Under the pieces are notes generated by a model. That model saw nothing but the letters and a program-made list of their open reading frames with translations, had not been told where the DNA came from and searched no databases. Positions 55,209 through 64,000 of a DNA stretch of 64,000 bases are shown here, in pieces. Source of the DNA: an uncultured bacterium (GTDB lineage Bacteria; Patescibacteriota; Minisyncoccia; Phycocordibacterales; PALSA-1337); the NCBI GenBank assembly GCA_963851055.1, contig CAWKMY010000003.1, positions 28,261 through 92,260 of the forward strand. The letters are read 5' to 3'. Position 1 is the first letter of the stretch; each line of letters opens with the position of its first letter. The position numbers and the translations under genes were made by a program.

Positions 55209-56117
55209 ATGGACATAGATATAGACAAAATTTATCCAATCAAAGATTTATTGCCCGGGGATTATCCGGAAACATTGCTTAATTCTAAAGGCAAGCCACG
55301 ATCGTTATACATACGCGGATCATTGCCACCGGCGCACTATAAATATCTCTGCGTGGTCGGTTCGCGGCACCCGGACGCCTATGGAGAAGAGGTTGTGGCC
55401 AAATTGATAACGGGGTTGGCTGGTTATCCTATATGCATTGTATCAGGCTTAGCCATAGGCATAGACGGCATGGCTCATACGGCTGCCTTGAACACCGGAC
55501 TTCCAACCATAGCTTTCCCAGGTTCAGGTCTCAACAAAAATATCCTATATCCTCCGTCAAACAGAAAGCTGGCGGTCAAAATGCTTGAGGCCGGTGGTGC
55601 CATCGTATCCAAGTTCCAACCCGATTGGGAGATGAACGATTCCAATAAATGGTCCTTCCCCGTTAGGAATGAAATCATGGCCGGCATATCCCACGCCACC
55701 CTGGTCATCGAAGCTCGCGAGGATTCGGGAACATGGTCCACCACAGACTCGGCTCTAAAGATCGGTCGCGACGTAATGATAGTGCCCGGCTCTATATTCT
55801 CGGAATTGTCAGCCACGCCCCTCAAGCTACTGAAAGACGGAGCTCATCCCGTGACATCATCTAAAGACATACTGGTGATGCTGGGCTTGGTGTTACCGGA
55901 AAATGCTACTAGCTCGAATAGCCTGTTCGAAAAGCATGCTGACCCTTCCTTGAGCGATGAGGAGAGAAAGATAGTTGACCGCATACGTTCTCCAGTATCT
56001 CGTGACGACCTCATAAGAGAATTAAACTTGCCTGCGGGATATATAAATTCCATCTTGGTCGAGTTGGAGATAAAAGGGATGATCGTGGAGAGACAAGGAA
56101 TGTTGATGGTCAATTAA
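55209..56117 (+). CDS. dprA: DNA processing protein DprA (Smf)
   Basis: CVVGSRHPDAYGEEV and SGLAIGIDGMAHTAAL, with a C-terminal winged-helix-like tail. The dprA-topA pair is conserved. Confidence 0.85.
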   Translation: MDIDIDKIYPIKDLLPGDYPETLLNSKGKPRSLYIRGSLPPAHYKYLCVVGSRHPDAYGEEVVAKLITGLAGYPICIVSGLAIGIDGMAHTAALNTGLPTIAFPGSGLNKNILYPPSNRKLAVKMLEAGGAIVSKFQPDWEMNDSNKWSFPVRNEIMAGISHATLVIEAREDSGTWSTTDSALKIGRDVMIVPGSIFSELSATPLKLLKDGAHPVTSSKDILVMLGLVLPENATSSNSLFEKHADPSLSDEERKIVDRIRSPVSRDDLIRELNLPAGYINSILVELEIKGMIVERQGMLMVN

Positions 56118-56164
56118 GACGCTCCTTTTGCACTTTTCCGGCAACTCGTGTAATACTACCTCCA

Positions 56165-58645
56165 ATGAAACTCGTCATCGTCGAATCACCTTCGAAAGCA
56201 AAGACTATTTCCAAATACCTTGGAAAAGATTTTGTCGTGGTCGCGTCCGTCGGTCATGTGCGCGATCTGCCTAAGTCGAACAAGAAAGCCATAGATATAG
56301 AGGCCGGTTTCGTGCCAAATTATGAGATAGTACCGAAGAAGGTCGTCATCATAGACGAGATTCGCGCTGATGCTGCCAAAGCTGACGAAGTTCTCATAGC
56401 GACCGACCCCGACCGTGAAGGCGAGGCTATTGCTTGGCATTTACGTGAATTATTGACCAATAAAAAGTTGGGAGGTTCCACCCCGAAAAAAGAGATAAAA
56501 CGCATCACTTATCATGAAGTAACGAAGGAAGCAGTTGAAGAAGCCTTGAAACATCCGCGCGCCATAGATGATCATTTGCGCGAAGCACAGGAAGCCAGGC
56601 GCGTTTTGGACAGGCTTGTCGGTTATGATCTATCTGGTCTCATATGGAAAAAAGTGCGTTACGGTCTCTCCGCCGGCCGCGTTCAATCACCGGCTCTCCG
56701 CATAATAATGGAGCGCGAGCGCGAGATCAGGGCTTTCAAGCCTGAGGATTATTGGGCCATAGAAGGCACATGGAGTTTGGAGTTGGGAGTTGGAAGAAAG
56801 AAGGCGGAGACATTGAAACTTACTTGTGTAGAAGAACCTCGCGACAAGAATGAAGTCGACCGCATCCTAGAAGTCGCTCGCGCCGCTTCGTGGCAAGTCA
56901 AAGACATAGAAGAAAGCGAACAAAAACGCCAACCGCGCGCGCCATTCATCACTTCTACTCTCCAGCAGGCCGCTAGTTCTCGGCTCGGCTTTTCTCCTTC
57001 GCGCACTATGGGTATTGCCCAGAAATTATACGAGTCAGGATACATTACTTATATGAGAACCGACTCGACCAACCTTGGGGCACAAGCTCTAGCCCAGATC
57101 GGCGCAGTCGTGACCAAAGAATATGGCAAAGAATATCTGCAGTTCAGAACTTATTCCGCCAAGAGCAAGAATGCCCAAGAAGCTCACGAAGCTATCCGTC
57201 CTTCGCATTTCGATAAATTGTCGGCCGGCCATAACGATGAACAAAAGAAACTTTATCGTCTCATTTGGCAACGCGCAGTAGCTTCGCAAATGGCGGATGC
57301 GAGGGTTGCGAGGACGAAGATAATTGCGAACGTAATTGCCGGGGCGATTCCTGATTTCATCGCCAATGGTTCGCGCGTCATATATGACGGCTGGTTAAAG
57401 GCTGATCCGGAATCAAATGGTGAAGAAGTCACTCTGCCAAAATGCGCCAAAGGTGAAGAGCTCAAACTTATATCCGTTGATGCATTGGCCAAGCAAACCC
57501 AGCCACCTGCAAGATATACAGAAGCTGGCCTTATCAAGGAATTGGAGAAGCGTGGCATTGGCAGGCCTTCTACTTATGCATCCATCTGCAGGACTATAGA
57601 AGAGCGCGGCTATGTGGAGAAAGAGGGCCGCTCGCTCAAGCCGACTGATACCGGCGATGTTGTATCATCTTTCTTGGAAGAATACTTCCCTACTTATATT
57701 GGCGATACATTCACAGCCGAGATGGAAAATGAGCTCGACGAAATAGCCGCCGGCGAACGCACATATGTAAAGACGTTGACTGATTTTTACGGGCCTTTCT
57801 CCAAAGAAGTTCAGTCCAAAGATAAATTGGCCAAAGCCACTAATCTCGGCGCCGCTGATCCGAAATTCAAATGTCCGAAGTGTGGCACCAGCCCCATGCA
57901 GATCAAGCTCGGCCGTGGCGGAAAATTCCTGTCATGTTCTCGTTATCCTGATTGTGACGGCTCGCTTAGCCTGGACGGCATGGAGTTCAAGAAAGACGAG
58001 CCTATCGGAATTGATCCAACGACAGGGTTGCCGATATTTGTACTGAATGGCCGCTTTGGGCCGTATGTACAGTTGGGAGTGAAATTGCCTAAAGAAAAGA
58101 AAGTCCGCGCCCAAAAATCTTCCGCGAAAAAAGTTCCGGCAGGAAAAAAAGTTGCCGCAAAGGAGGGACTGACGAGCGGTGGTGAGGAGAAAGAGTCCCT
58201 AGGCAAAAATGACACTTCACCTGACACTTTTACTGCTCAACACGGGCATATAACTAGACCTGAACAGAGCCACGAATCTGTCACCAAAAGTGTCATTTCT
58301 GCATATGTAGAGAAAGAGGCTATCACCCCGATCGCCTCAACCACGCCCGCACCCATAAAACCTCGCATGGCCTCTATCCCAAAGACAATGGACCCTTCCA
58401 AGGTGACCATAGCTGACGCCCTCAAATATTTGAGCTTGCCACGCATTCTCGGCACCGATCCCGCTACAGGCAAGAATATAACCGCCTCCATTGGCCGCTT
58501 CGGGCCATATATAGTGCGCGACGGAGAATTCCGCTCGCTCAAAGGCTTGGATAGCCCATATGACATAACCCTCGAAAGAGCCCTCGAATTATTGGCTATA
58601 GCAAAAAAGCCTAGAGGATTTGCCAAAAAGAAAAAAGTCGAATAG
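56165..58645 (+). CDS. topA: DNA topoisomerase I
   Basis: Toprim MKLVIVESPSKAKTISKYLG, DPDREGEAIAWH, the active-site Tyr region GYITYMRTDS, a Zn ribbon CPKCG...CSRYPDC and two RFGPY repeats. Confidence 0.95.
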   Translation: MKLVIVESPSKAKTISKYLGKDFVVVASVGHVRDLPKSNKKAIDIEAGFVPNYEIVPKKVVIIDEIRADAAKADEVLIATDPDREGEAIAWHLRELLTNKKLGGSTPKKEIKRITYHEVTKEAVEEALKHPRAIDDHLREAQEARRVLDRLVGYDLSGLIWKKVRYGLSAGRVQSPALRIIMEREREIRAFKPEDYWAIEGTWSLELGVGRKKAETLKLTCVEEPRDKNEVDRILEVARAASWQVKDIEESEQKRQPRAPFITSTLQQAASSRLGFSPSRTMGIAQKLYESGYITYMRTDSTNLGAQALAQIGAVVTKEYGKEYLQFRTYSAKSKNAQEAHEAIRPSHFDKLSAGHNDEQKKLYRLIWQRAVASQMADARVARTKIIANVIAGAIPDFIANGSRVIYDGWLKADPESNGEEVTLPKCAKGEELKLISVDALAKQTQPPARYTEAGLIKELEKRGIGRPSTYASICRTIEERGYVEKEGRSLKPTDTGDVVSSFLEEYFPTYIGDTFTAEMENELDEIAAGERTYVKTLTDFYGPFSKEVQSKDKLAKATNLGAADPKFKCPKCGTSPMQIKLGRGGKFLSCSRYPDCDGSLSLDGMEFKKDEPIGIDPTTGLPIFVLNGRFGPYVQLGVKLPKEKKVRAQKSSAKKVPAGKKVAAKEGLTSGGEEKESLGKNDTSPDTFTAQHGHITRPEQSHESVTKSVISAYVEKEAITPIASTTPAPIKPRMASIPKTMDPSKVTIADALKYLSLPRILGTDPATGKNITASIGRFGPYIVRDGEFRSLKGLDSPYDITLERALELLAIAKKPRGFAKKKKVE

Positions 58646-58671
58646 AAAATTCGACATCATATAAGCGACAA

Positions 58672-59649
58672 CTAAATCGAGAAATTTTTCAAGGAATATA
58701 TGTCCTCATTCTCCTCTTTCTTGACCTCTTGAATGGAACGATCGTCTACTGCAATAGTCGGCGCGACATCATTCGTAGCGTTCACGTTAGCCATATTTGT
58801 GGCATTAGGATTGTTCTTATTCGTATTATTCAATCTCTCAAGAAGCGCCCTCAAATCATCCGGATTGAAAAAGTCTATTGTAACCTTCCCTCCTTCTTTG
58901 CCTTTTTCTATGCGAACACGCGTTCCTAAAGTCTCGGTGAATGACTTCTCCATTTCAATGATGACCGGATCTAGATATTTTTCTTTATTGCGAATACGAT
59001 CCGTAGCTACGCGGCGAGATAATGATTCGGCCTCGCGAACAGTCAATTTCTTGGCCATGATCTCCTTGAATATGACCATCTGCTCTTCCGGCTTATCGAC
59101 GAGCATTAGAAGTGGCCTGGTATGACCTTCCGATATTTTACCTTCACCGAGCGCGGTTATGATCTCTTCCGGCAAAGACAAAATACGCAAAGTATTGGCG
59201 ACATATTCGCGACTCTTGCCAATTTTGGCGGCGACATCAGCCTGCTTCAATTTGAATTCCTTTATGAGTCGGCTAAAAGCTTGGGCACGCTCAACCGGAT
59301 TTATATCTTCACGTTGAAGATTTTCAATAATGGCTATCTCGAGTTTCTCGCGGGCACTTTCCTCGCCGCTTCTTATGAGAACTGGCACTTGCGAGAGCCT
59401 CGCCAGCTTGGCCGCGCGCAATCGGCGCTCTCCGGAAATGAGCTCATATTCGACAGTCATGCCTGCGCCATCATGGAAGACTTCTTTGCGGGTGACGACA
59501 AGCGGCTGCAGAATACCATAGGTTCTGATCGACTCCGCCAAGCTCTGCAAAGCCATTTGCTCGAATTCCCTACGCGGCTGATACGGGTTCGGACTGATCT
59601 TTTCCACCTCTACCCAAAAGATGGCGTTGTTCACGTATTGATTGGACAT
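58672..59649 (-). CDS. parB: Chromosome partitioning protein ParB
   Basis: NPYQPRREF, GILQPLVV, ELISGERRLRAAKLA and the HTH QADVAAKIGKSREYVANTLRIL. ATG 59649 chosen, because the track start overlaps tRNA-Leu. Confidence 0.9.
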   Translation of the reverse strand: MSNQYVNNAIFWVEVEKISPNPYQPRREFEQMALQSLAESIRTYGILQPLVVTRKEVFHDGAGMTVEYELISGERRLRAAKLARLSQVPVLIRSGEESAREKLEIAIIENLQREDINPVERAQAFSRLIKEFKLKQADVAAKIGKSREYVANTLRILSLPEEIITALGEGKISEGHTRPLLMLVDKPEEQMVIFKEIMAKKLTVREAESLSRRVATDRIRNKEKYLDPVIIEMEKSFTETLGTRVRIEKGKEGGKVTIDFFNPDDLRALLERLNNTNKNNPNATNMANVNATNDVAPTIAVDDRSIQEVKKEENEDIYSLKNFSI

Positions 59650-59725
59650 AGGTGTATTATAATACGGAATTGACCTAATTTCTAATTGACCTAATCGACC
59701 TAAACAGATAGACTCTTGGATACAT

Positions 59726-59809
59726 GCCGGAGTGGTGAAATTGGCAGACACGTAGCACTCAAAATGCTATGAGCGCAAGCTCTTGTGGGTTCAAGTCCCA
59801 CCTCCGGCA
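59726..59809 (+). tRNA. tRNA-Leu (anticodon CAA)
   Basis: Acceptor GCCGGAG/CTCCGGC, anticodon arm TAGCA-CTCAAAA-TGCTA, long variable arm, T arm GTGGG-TTCAAGT-CCCAC. Confidence 0.9.
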
Positions 59810-59820
59810 CTGTAAAAAAT

Positions 59821-60495
59821 ATGATAAGAAGATATAAACCTAGAAAGGTGCTTAGTTTTGATTGGTCGCCTAAACTCGCTTATGCAGTCGGGCTTATTGC
59901 TACTGATGGATGTCTGTCGTCAAATCAAAAGAATGTCATATTTACTTCTAAAGATATAGAACAAATTGGCAACATAAAGCGAATCTTGAATATGAACGCA
60001 AAGATTGGCTTTACACGTAACACTAAAAGTGAAACATACCGACTTCAATTTAGCAGTGTACAGTTGTGGGACTGGCTTTTTAGTATTGGACTTACGCCGC
60101 ACAAATCTTTGACGATTGACGCATTGAAAGTTCCTGATAAATACTTCATCGACTTCATACGTGGAAATCTTGATGGCGATGGTTCAATCACAACCCTCAC
60201 TGATTATTATAATGTAAGAAAAAACCCGAAATACATCTACGAACGCCTATTTGTGCGATTCTTTTCTGGTAGCAAAGAATATCTGTTATGGTTACAAGAG
60301 AAGATTATTGAATTGATTGGTGTTTATGGAAGATTGCACACTACTAAACCCGCTTATACCGGCAATTCAATGTACATATTGAAATTCGGTAAGAAGGAAT
60401 CCTTAAAACTTTTAGAAAAGGTATACTATGTGGACGGTTTACCTTGTCTTTCACGCAAAAAGTCTATTTACATGGATTTCCTAAAAACACTATGA
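59821..60495 (+). CDS. Free-standing double-motif LAGLIDADG homing endonuclease
   Basis: Two dodecapeptide motifs: LAYAVGLIATDGCL and FIRGNLDGDGSI. AT-rich. ATG 59821 lies 12 nt after tRNA-Leu, and the stop overlaps the miaA ATG (ATGA). Confidence 0.8.
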   Translation: MIRRYKPRKVLSFDWSPKLAYAVGLIATDGCLSSNQKNVIFTSKDIEQIGNIKRILNMNAKIGFTRNTKSETYRLQFSSVQLWDWLFSIGLTPHKSLTIDALKVPDKYFIDFIRGNLDGDGSITTLTDYYNVRKNPKYIYERLFVRFFSGSKEYLLWLQEKIIELIGVYGRLHTTKPAYTGNSMYILKFGKKESLKLLEKVYYVDGLPCLSRKKSIYMDFLKTL

Positions 60496-61454
60496 CAAAC
60501 AAACTAAAACTCCTCGTCATCACCGGCCCTACCGCCAGCGGCAAAAGCGACTTGGCTGTAAAACTAGCTCAATGGATTGAGAAAGAGAAGATTGGTGGCT
60601 ATGCAGGAGCCGAGATCATTTCTGCCGATTCACGCCAAGTATACAAAGGCCTCGATATCGGTACAGGCAAAATCACACAGAAAGAAATGCAGGGCGTGCC
60701 GCATCACCTCCTAGATGTAGCCGATCCGCACCAACGCTTCACAGCCATGGATTGGAAGGAAATGGCGGAAAAAGCCATAACAGACATAGCTTCGCCGACC
60801 GAAAACGGTGGCAAACAAAATAAATTGCCGATAATATGCGGAGGTACCGGATTTTATATTTCAGCTCTCATTGACGATCTCGGCTTTCCTGATGTAAAGG
60901 CGGACAATGATGAACAAGAAAAGCTAGAGGCGAAATCAGCCGAGGAATTATTCGAGGAGTTGAAGAAGCTCGATCCGGTTCGCGCCGCTACGATTGAGTT
61001 GAAAAATAAGCGCCGACTAGCCAGAGCTATAATAATTGCACGAGAATTGGGATCAGTGCCGGCTGTTAATAAGCCAAAGGAGTCTAAATATGACGCACTA
61101 TTAATAGGTATAGCCCCGACAGGCGCGGAACTTCGTCAGCGCATAAACGCACGCCTGAATCGCCGCCTCAATGGCGGCATGATAGCCGAAGCCGAACGAT
61201 TGCATGCTCCACCGCCAACCGGCATTTCACTACTATATGAACGCATGGATGAGCTCGGCCTTGAATATAAGTACATTGCTCAATATCTCCAAATGCAGTT
61301 GGCATTGAGCGACCTCAACCGCATTCTCATGAATAAGATATGGCAATATTCAAAGCGCCAGATGACCTGGTGGAAAAAAGACGCGAGGATCAAATGGTTC
61401 AAGCCGGAAGAAACCCAAAAAATAGAAGCGGCCGTTAGAGCTTTTTCCTCTTGA
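60492..61454 (+). CDS. miaA: tRNA dimethylallyltransferase
   Basis: P-loop ITGPTASGKS, SADSRQVYKGLDIGTGK and GGTGFYI. Confidence 0.9.
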   Translation: MTNKLKLLVITGPTASGKSDLAVKLAQWIEKEKIGGYAGAEIISADSRQVYKGLDIGTGKITQKEMQGVPHHLLDVADPHQRFTAMDWKEMAEKAITDIASPTENGGKQNKLPIICGGTGFYISALIDDLGFPDVKADNDEQEKLEAKSAEELFEELKKLDPVRAATIELKNKRRLARAIIIARELGSVPAVNKPKESKYDALLIGIAPTGAELRQRINARLNRRLNGGMIAEAERLHAPPPTGISLLYERMDELGLEYKYIAQYLQMQLALSDLNRILMNKIWQYSKRQMTWWKKDARIKWFKPEETQKIEAAVRAFSS

Positions 61455-61899
61455 GCCAGAGATGCGCCAATGAATATTTACCCGGCCCACCTATGTAAAG
61501 CGAAAGCAAAGTCAGAAGCAGAAAGAATTCAAATGAATGTCCCCAGAAGGCACCGCCATGAGCTGGCACGCCCCAGACGACTACGGCCATATCTATGGCG
61601 AGCGCCACGCATACTGGCTTGGCCAAAAGTCCAAGTAGGATGAGAATACCGCCGATGAATTCGGTGTAGGCGACGAGATAAACCCAGAAGTGAGTGGTCA
61701 GGCCGAGCGTGGCGAAGAAATGTTCCGTGCCGGCTATGCCATTTAATTTCGTCCAACCTTCGGATATGAAAAGCAAGCCGAGAGCTACACGCAATATGAG
61801 AGCGCCTCCGGAAGGCTTGTGATGCCTATATAACTGCTTAATGAAGCCCTTCCAGCCGCCTATCTCTTTCAAATTCCAGTTTTCATTTTGGTCTGTCAT
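61435..61899 (-). CDS. DoxX-family membrane protein
   Basis: Four TM helices, LRVALGLLFISEGWTKL and EFIGGILILLGLL. The 3' end overlaps miaA by 20 nt (convergent). Confidence 0.8.
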   Translation of the reverse strand: MTDQNENWNLKEIGGWKGFIKQLYRHHKPSGGALILRVALGLLFISEGWTKLNGIAGTEHFFATLGLTTHFWVYLVAYTEFIGGILILLGLLAKPVCVALAIDMAVVVWGVPAHGGAFWGHSFEFFLLLTLLSLYIGGPGKYSLAHLWLKRKKL

Positions 61900-61926
61900 G
61901 GTAGAATAATACCATAACTAAATACC

Positions 61927-62079
61927 ATGATTCCACTAATATCCATAGTGATCGGAGTCTGTATCTATTACGCGACATACGGCTGGACCATAGCCACAGT
62001 ACCGACTTATGGCTTGTTTTGGTCAGGATTTTTCCTACTAATAGCCATGGTGCTCATATTGAAGAAGCCGAGGGATTAA
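61927..62079 (+). CDS. Possible 50-aa two-TM peptide
   Basis: MIPLISIVIGVCIYYATYGWTIATVPTYGLFWSGFFLLIAMVLILKKPRD, followed by a bidirectional terminator. Confidence 0.35.
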   Translation: MIPLISIVIGVCIYYATYGWTIATVPTYGLFWSGFFLLIAMVLILKKPRD

Positions 62080-62116
62080 AAAACCGCGCAGCATCCGAGA
62101 TGCACGCGCGGCTTTG
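62078..62116. terminator. Bidirectional terminator hairpin between convergent genes
   Basis: Stem ccgcgc/gcgcgg (62084-89 with 62106-11), flanked by aaaaaa on one side and ctttgatt on the other. Confidence 0.55.
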
Positions 62117-62138
62117 ATTGGACCAGAGTCCTAGGCGG

Positions 62139-62486
62139 CTATTGCGCCGACAAAGATGAAATGTGAACCACCGATGATTCCAGCGATTCCGCAACGCTAA
62201 TCTTCCAGAATCCGTTGGGTATGGCCAGCCAAGAGAGACTAAAGCCATGCATGGCAGCCATGTTCTTGACCTTCTCAAAGACCTTGATGTCTCCCTCGAA
62301 AGACGAAGTCCGAGGAACTTCGAAACTAGATTCACTGCCATCCCAATCCAGATTCTCGAGATAGTCATCGTTCAGCCGAGCCACCAGCTGGTCGAACATG
62401 AGTTCCTGCCGGGCATTGAAGCCGGCTGGGTGTGAGTGGAGTGTCGCCGTAAAGGCGAATGGGACCGTTGTGCGATGTAAGCACAT
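62139..62486 (-). CDS. Hypothetical protein
   Basis: 115-aa ORF. The acidic central segment is DDYLENLDWDGSESSFEV. No recognised family. Confidence 0.4.
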   Translation of the reverse strand: MCLHRTTVPFAFTATLHSHPAGFNARQELMFDQLVARLNDDYLENLDWDGSESSFEVPRTSSFEGDIKVFEKVKNMAAMHGFSLSWLAIPNGFWKISVAESLESSVVHISSLSAQ

Positions 62487-62581
62487 AGTTTATTCCTTTG
62501 TTAATTTTTTCTGTTTACCTTATATCTACCATACCTATCTATATCTGTCAACAAAAAGGAGGCTCTAGGCCTCCGCGAAAT

Positions 62582-62863
62582 TTAGACGACTTTCGGTTCC
62601 ACTGTAAATATGGCACCTTCACCATCTAATGAATAGTCAGCTTTGAGTCCGACTGATTCGCTATTGCAATGAGCTTCGAGTGCATTGAGCACGGCAACGT
62701 CGTCAGTATCCAGCCTCACATCAACGGATCCTTCTAGGAAATCCTCCTTATCGATGACTTCCTGGATCTTTTCCGCGCATACACCCAAGATGCGGATCTG
62801 GGTCGCATTCATGCTTTTGGGAATAACGATCGGCTCATCCCCGAGAAAAATATTTGCGTTCAT
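62582..62863 (-). CDS. Hypothetical acidic protein
   Basis: 93-aa ATG-initiated ORF with protein-like composition and no recognised family. Confidence 0.45.
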   Translation of the reverse strand: MNANIFLGDEPIVIPKSMNATQIRILGVCAEKIQEVIDKEDFLEGSVDVRLDTDDVAVLNALEAHCNSESVGLKADYSLDGEGAIFTVEPKVV

Positions 62864-62981
62864 AAATAGGTTCTTTGTTTAGATTTCTACCACATTATGA
62901 ATAATAGGTCAACAAAAAACGCGACCGGTAATAAAAAGCGCCAACCCCTCGAGGAGATTGGCGCGATGAGAACAATGAAGA

Positions 62982-63467
62982 TTAGAGCGTGACTTTTAGG
63001 GACGAACACGTATCAGTCTCACCATAATCTACTAAGAACACTCGTCCTCTACGCTTGGCGAATTGGTGCCGTAGGCCGTAACGGACCGTGGGGCGAAACT
63101 CTCGTGAAATAGTTCCGAGAGGATGAGAGTCGTGAAGTTCACTGTCCGACACCGGCTCACCTCTTGTCTGCACGATCACAAGATATCCTATGAACCTACT
63201 TGTAACTGGCATTACACGAGAATCATGAGTCTGGTTCCAGTATTCGAATTCATTCCGATTCGCCATCAGTCCCCAGACTACGTAATTGACCAACCCCTTT
63301 GGAATGTGGCCATACCTGTTATAGAATCTGGCCCTCTTGGATGCTGACTGAAATGGGAAAAGTAACATCCTTAACAGTAGCCGAACCGGCCTTAGCCGCG
63401 CGATTTTGAAAGCCTTGTCGCCCCAAAGGACAACGATCCTAGTTCCGCCGCACAATATAAGATGCAT
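62982..63467 (-). CDS. Hypothetical basic protein with faint kinase-like pattern
   Basis: 161 aa. GGTRIVVLWGDKAFKIAR (Gly-rich, then Lys), NEFEYW and GRVFLVDYGE (DFG-like). Inference only. Confidence 0.45.
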   Translation of the reverse strand: MHLILCGGTRIVVLWGDKAFKIARLRPVRLLLRMLLFPFQSASKRARFYNRYGHIPKGLVNYVVWGLMANRNEFEYWNQTHDSRVMPVTSRFIGYLVIVQTRGEPVSDSELHDSHPLGTISREFRPTVRYGLRHQFAKRRGRVFLVDYGETDTCSSLKVTL

Positions 63468-63577
63468 ATGTATCCTTGTGAAGTGAATTGTTTACTGCTA
63501 GATGTGATATTCCCACATATCACCTATTATTTCAACTTCCTCTTCAAATACCTCTTCCCCTTCAATTTTTCCGGCAA

Positions 63578-63610
63578 CAAAAAATGCGCCAACCCGGGTG
63601 GGGCTGGCGC
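63578..63610 (-). terminator. Rho-independent terminator after the RNR gene
   Basis: The minus strand reads gcgcca-gccccacccgggt-tggcgc followed by attttttgtt, 20 nt after the stop at 63631. Confidence 0.65.
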
Positions 63611-63630
63611 GATAAATAAGTTTCGGCGAT

Positions 63631-64000
63631 TCAACCAGATGGAGGAGATTGCTCAAGGCTCGGAGGTTGCTGCGCCTGCTTATAACCAGGAATGAATTCG
63701 TTTCCCATCCAACGGAAGATGTAAGCCAGAATAGACGGGGCACTCCTGATATCCGGGTTTCTGGTAAAGCCGCTTGGCTCAAACCGCCGGCCTACGAACT
63801 TCTTGACCAAGACCTCGAGCGGCACGCCGTATTGGAGACTCAAACTGGTAAGTGTCCCAATACCATCGAGAAAGCCGTCGATGGTCGAGCCTTCCTTGGC
63901 CATAGTGATGAACAATTCACCGGGCTTTCCGTCCTCGAACAAGCCGACGGTGATATAGCCTTCGTGACCGGCAATGTCGAATTTGTGGGTTACGGCTGTT
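63631..64000 (-). CDS. nrdJ: Adenosylcobalamin-dependent (class II) ribonucleotide reductase, C-terminal fragment (5' part outside window)
   Basis: The frame is open to base 64000: ...KFDIAGHEGYITVGLFEDGKPGELFITMAKEGSTIDGFLDGIGTLTSLSLQYGVPLEVLVKKFVGRRFEPSGFT..., the conserved class II RNR C-terminal region. Confidence 0.85.
   Translation of the reverse strand, partial: TAVTHKFDIAGHEGYITVGLFEDGKPGELFITMAKEGSTIDGFLDGIGTLTSLSLQYGVPLEVLVKKFVGRRFEPSGFTRNPDIRSAPSILAYIFRWMGNEFIPGYKQAQQPPSLEQSPPSG

Noticed and set aside
59650-59820. N-terminal extensions of parB (to 59751) and of the LAGLIDADG ORF (from 59785) that overlap tRNA-Leu
   Set aside because: Both extensions run through the tRNA gene or its flanks. 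Internal ATGs (59649 and 59821) give proteins starting at the conserved regions.
63498-63782. 94-aa minus-strand ORF overlapping the end of the RNR gene
   Set aside because: It is out of frame with the conserved RNR C-terminus and runs straight through the RNR terminator hairpin.

Overview
This is a gene-dense 64-kb bacterial window with moderate to low GC and the standard genetic code. The core gene content is that of a reduced-genome, uncultivated-type bacterium. My guess is Patescibacteria/CPR-like, but this is inference only and I ran no database search.

Core blocks:
- pth, lepB, a HisRS-like paralog, rpsU, ybeY, ftsA and ftsZ
- trxB, three tRNAs and a frameshifted tsaD
- prsW, hsp20 and gyrB
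- a single-chain PheRS
- GT2 glycosyltransferases
- a pentose-phosphate/glycolysis block: split transketolase, rpe, rpiB and gap
- a MarR, HlyD, HlyD and MFS efflux operon
- dnaX, dus, a DD-carboxypeptidase, ftsQ, serS, dprA, topA, parB, tRNA-Leu, miaA, doxX and the 3' end of a class II RNR gene

Accessory content is concentrated at about 37.5-49.5 kb:
- an orphan 411-aa protein
- an AT-rich six-gene minus-strand operon: alpha-class DNA methyltransferase, TdeIII-like endonuclease, GIY-YIG-like protein, NYN/LabA RNase, SAM methyltransferase and a YjdF-like membrane protein
- a roughly 310-bp GC-rich element with complementary termini
- a class C beta-lactamase-fold hydrolase
- a decayed integrative element: frameshifted HUH Rep, SET-domain protein and a large serine recombinase whose ORF runs into tRNA-Gln

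Other items worth a second look:
- an orphan ~450-nt structured transcript candidate with its own promoter and two terminators, next to gyrB
- a HigBA module plus a zinc-ribbon ORF wedged between the two transketolase halves
- a diverged second copy of the rpiB 5' end bracketing an inserted ORF
- a free-standing LAGLIDADG endonuclease between tRNA-Leu and miaA
- tandem CTCCYAA/TTRGGAG heptamers inside tsaD, dus and topA

I saw no rRNA genes and no CRISPR array.
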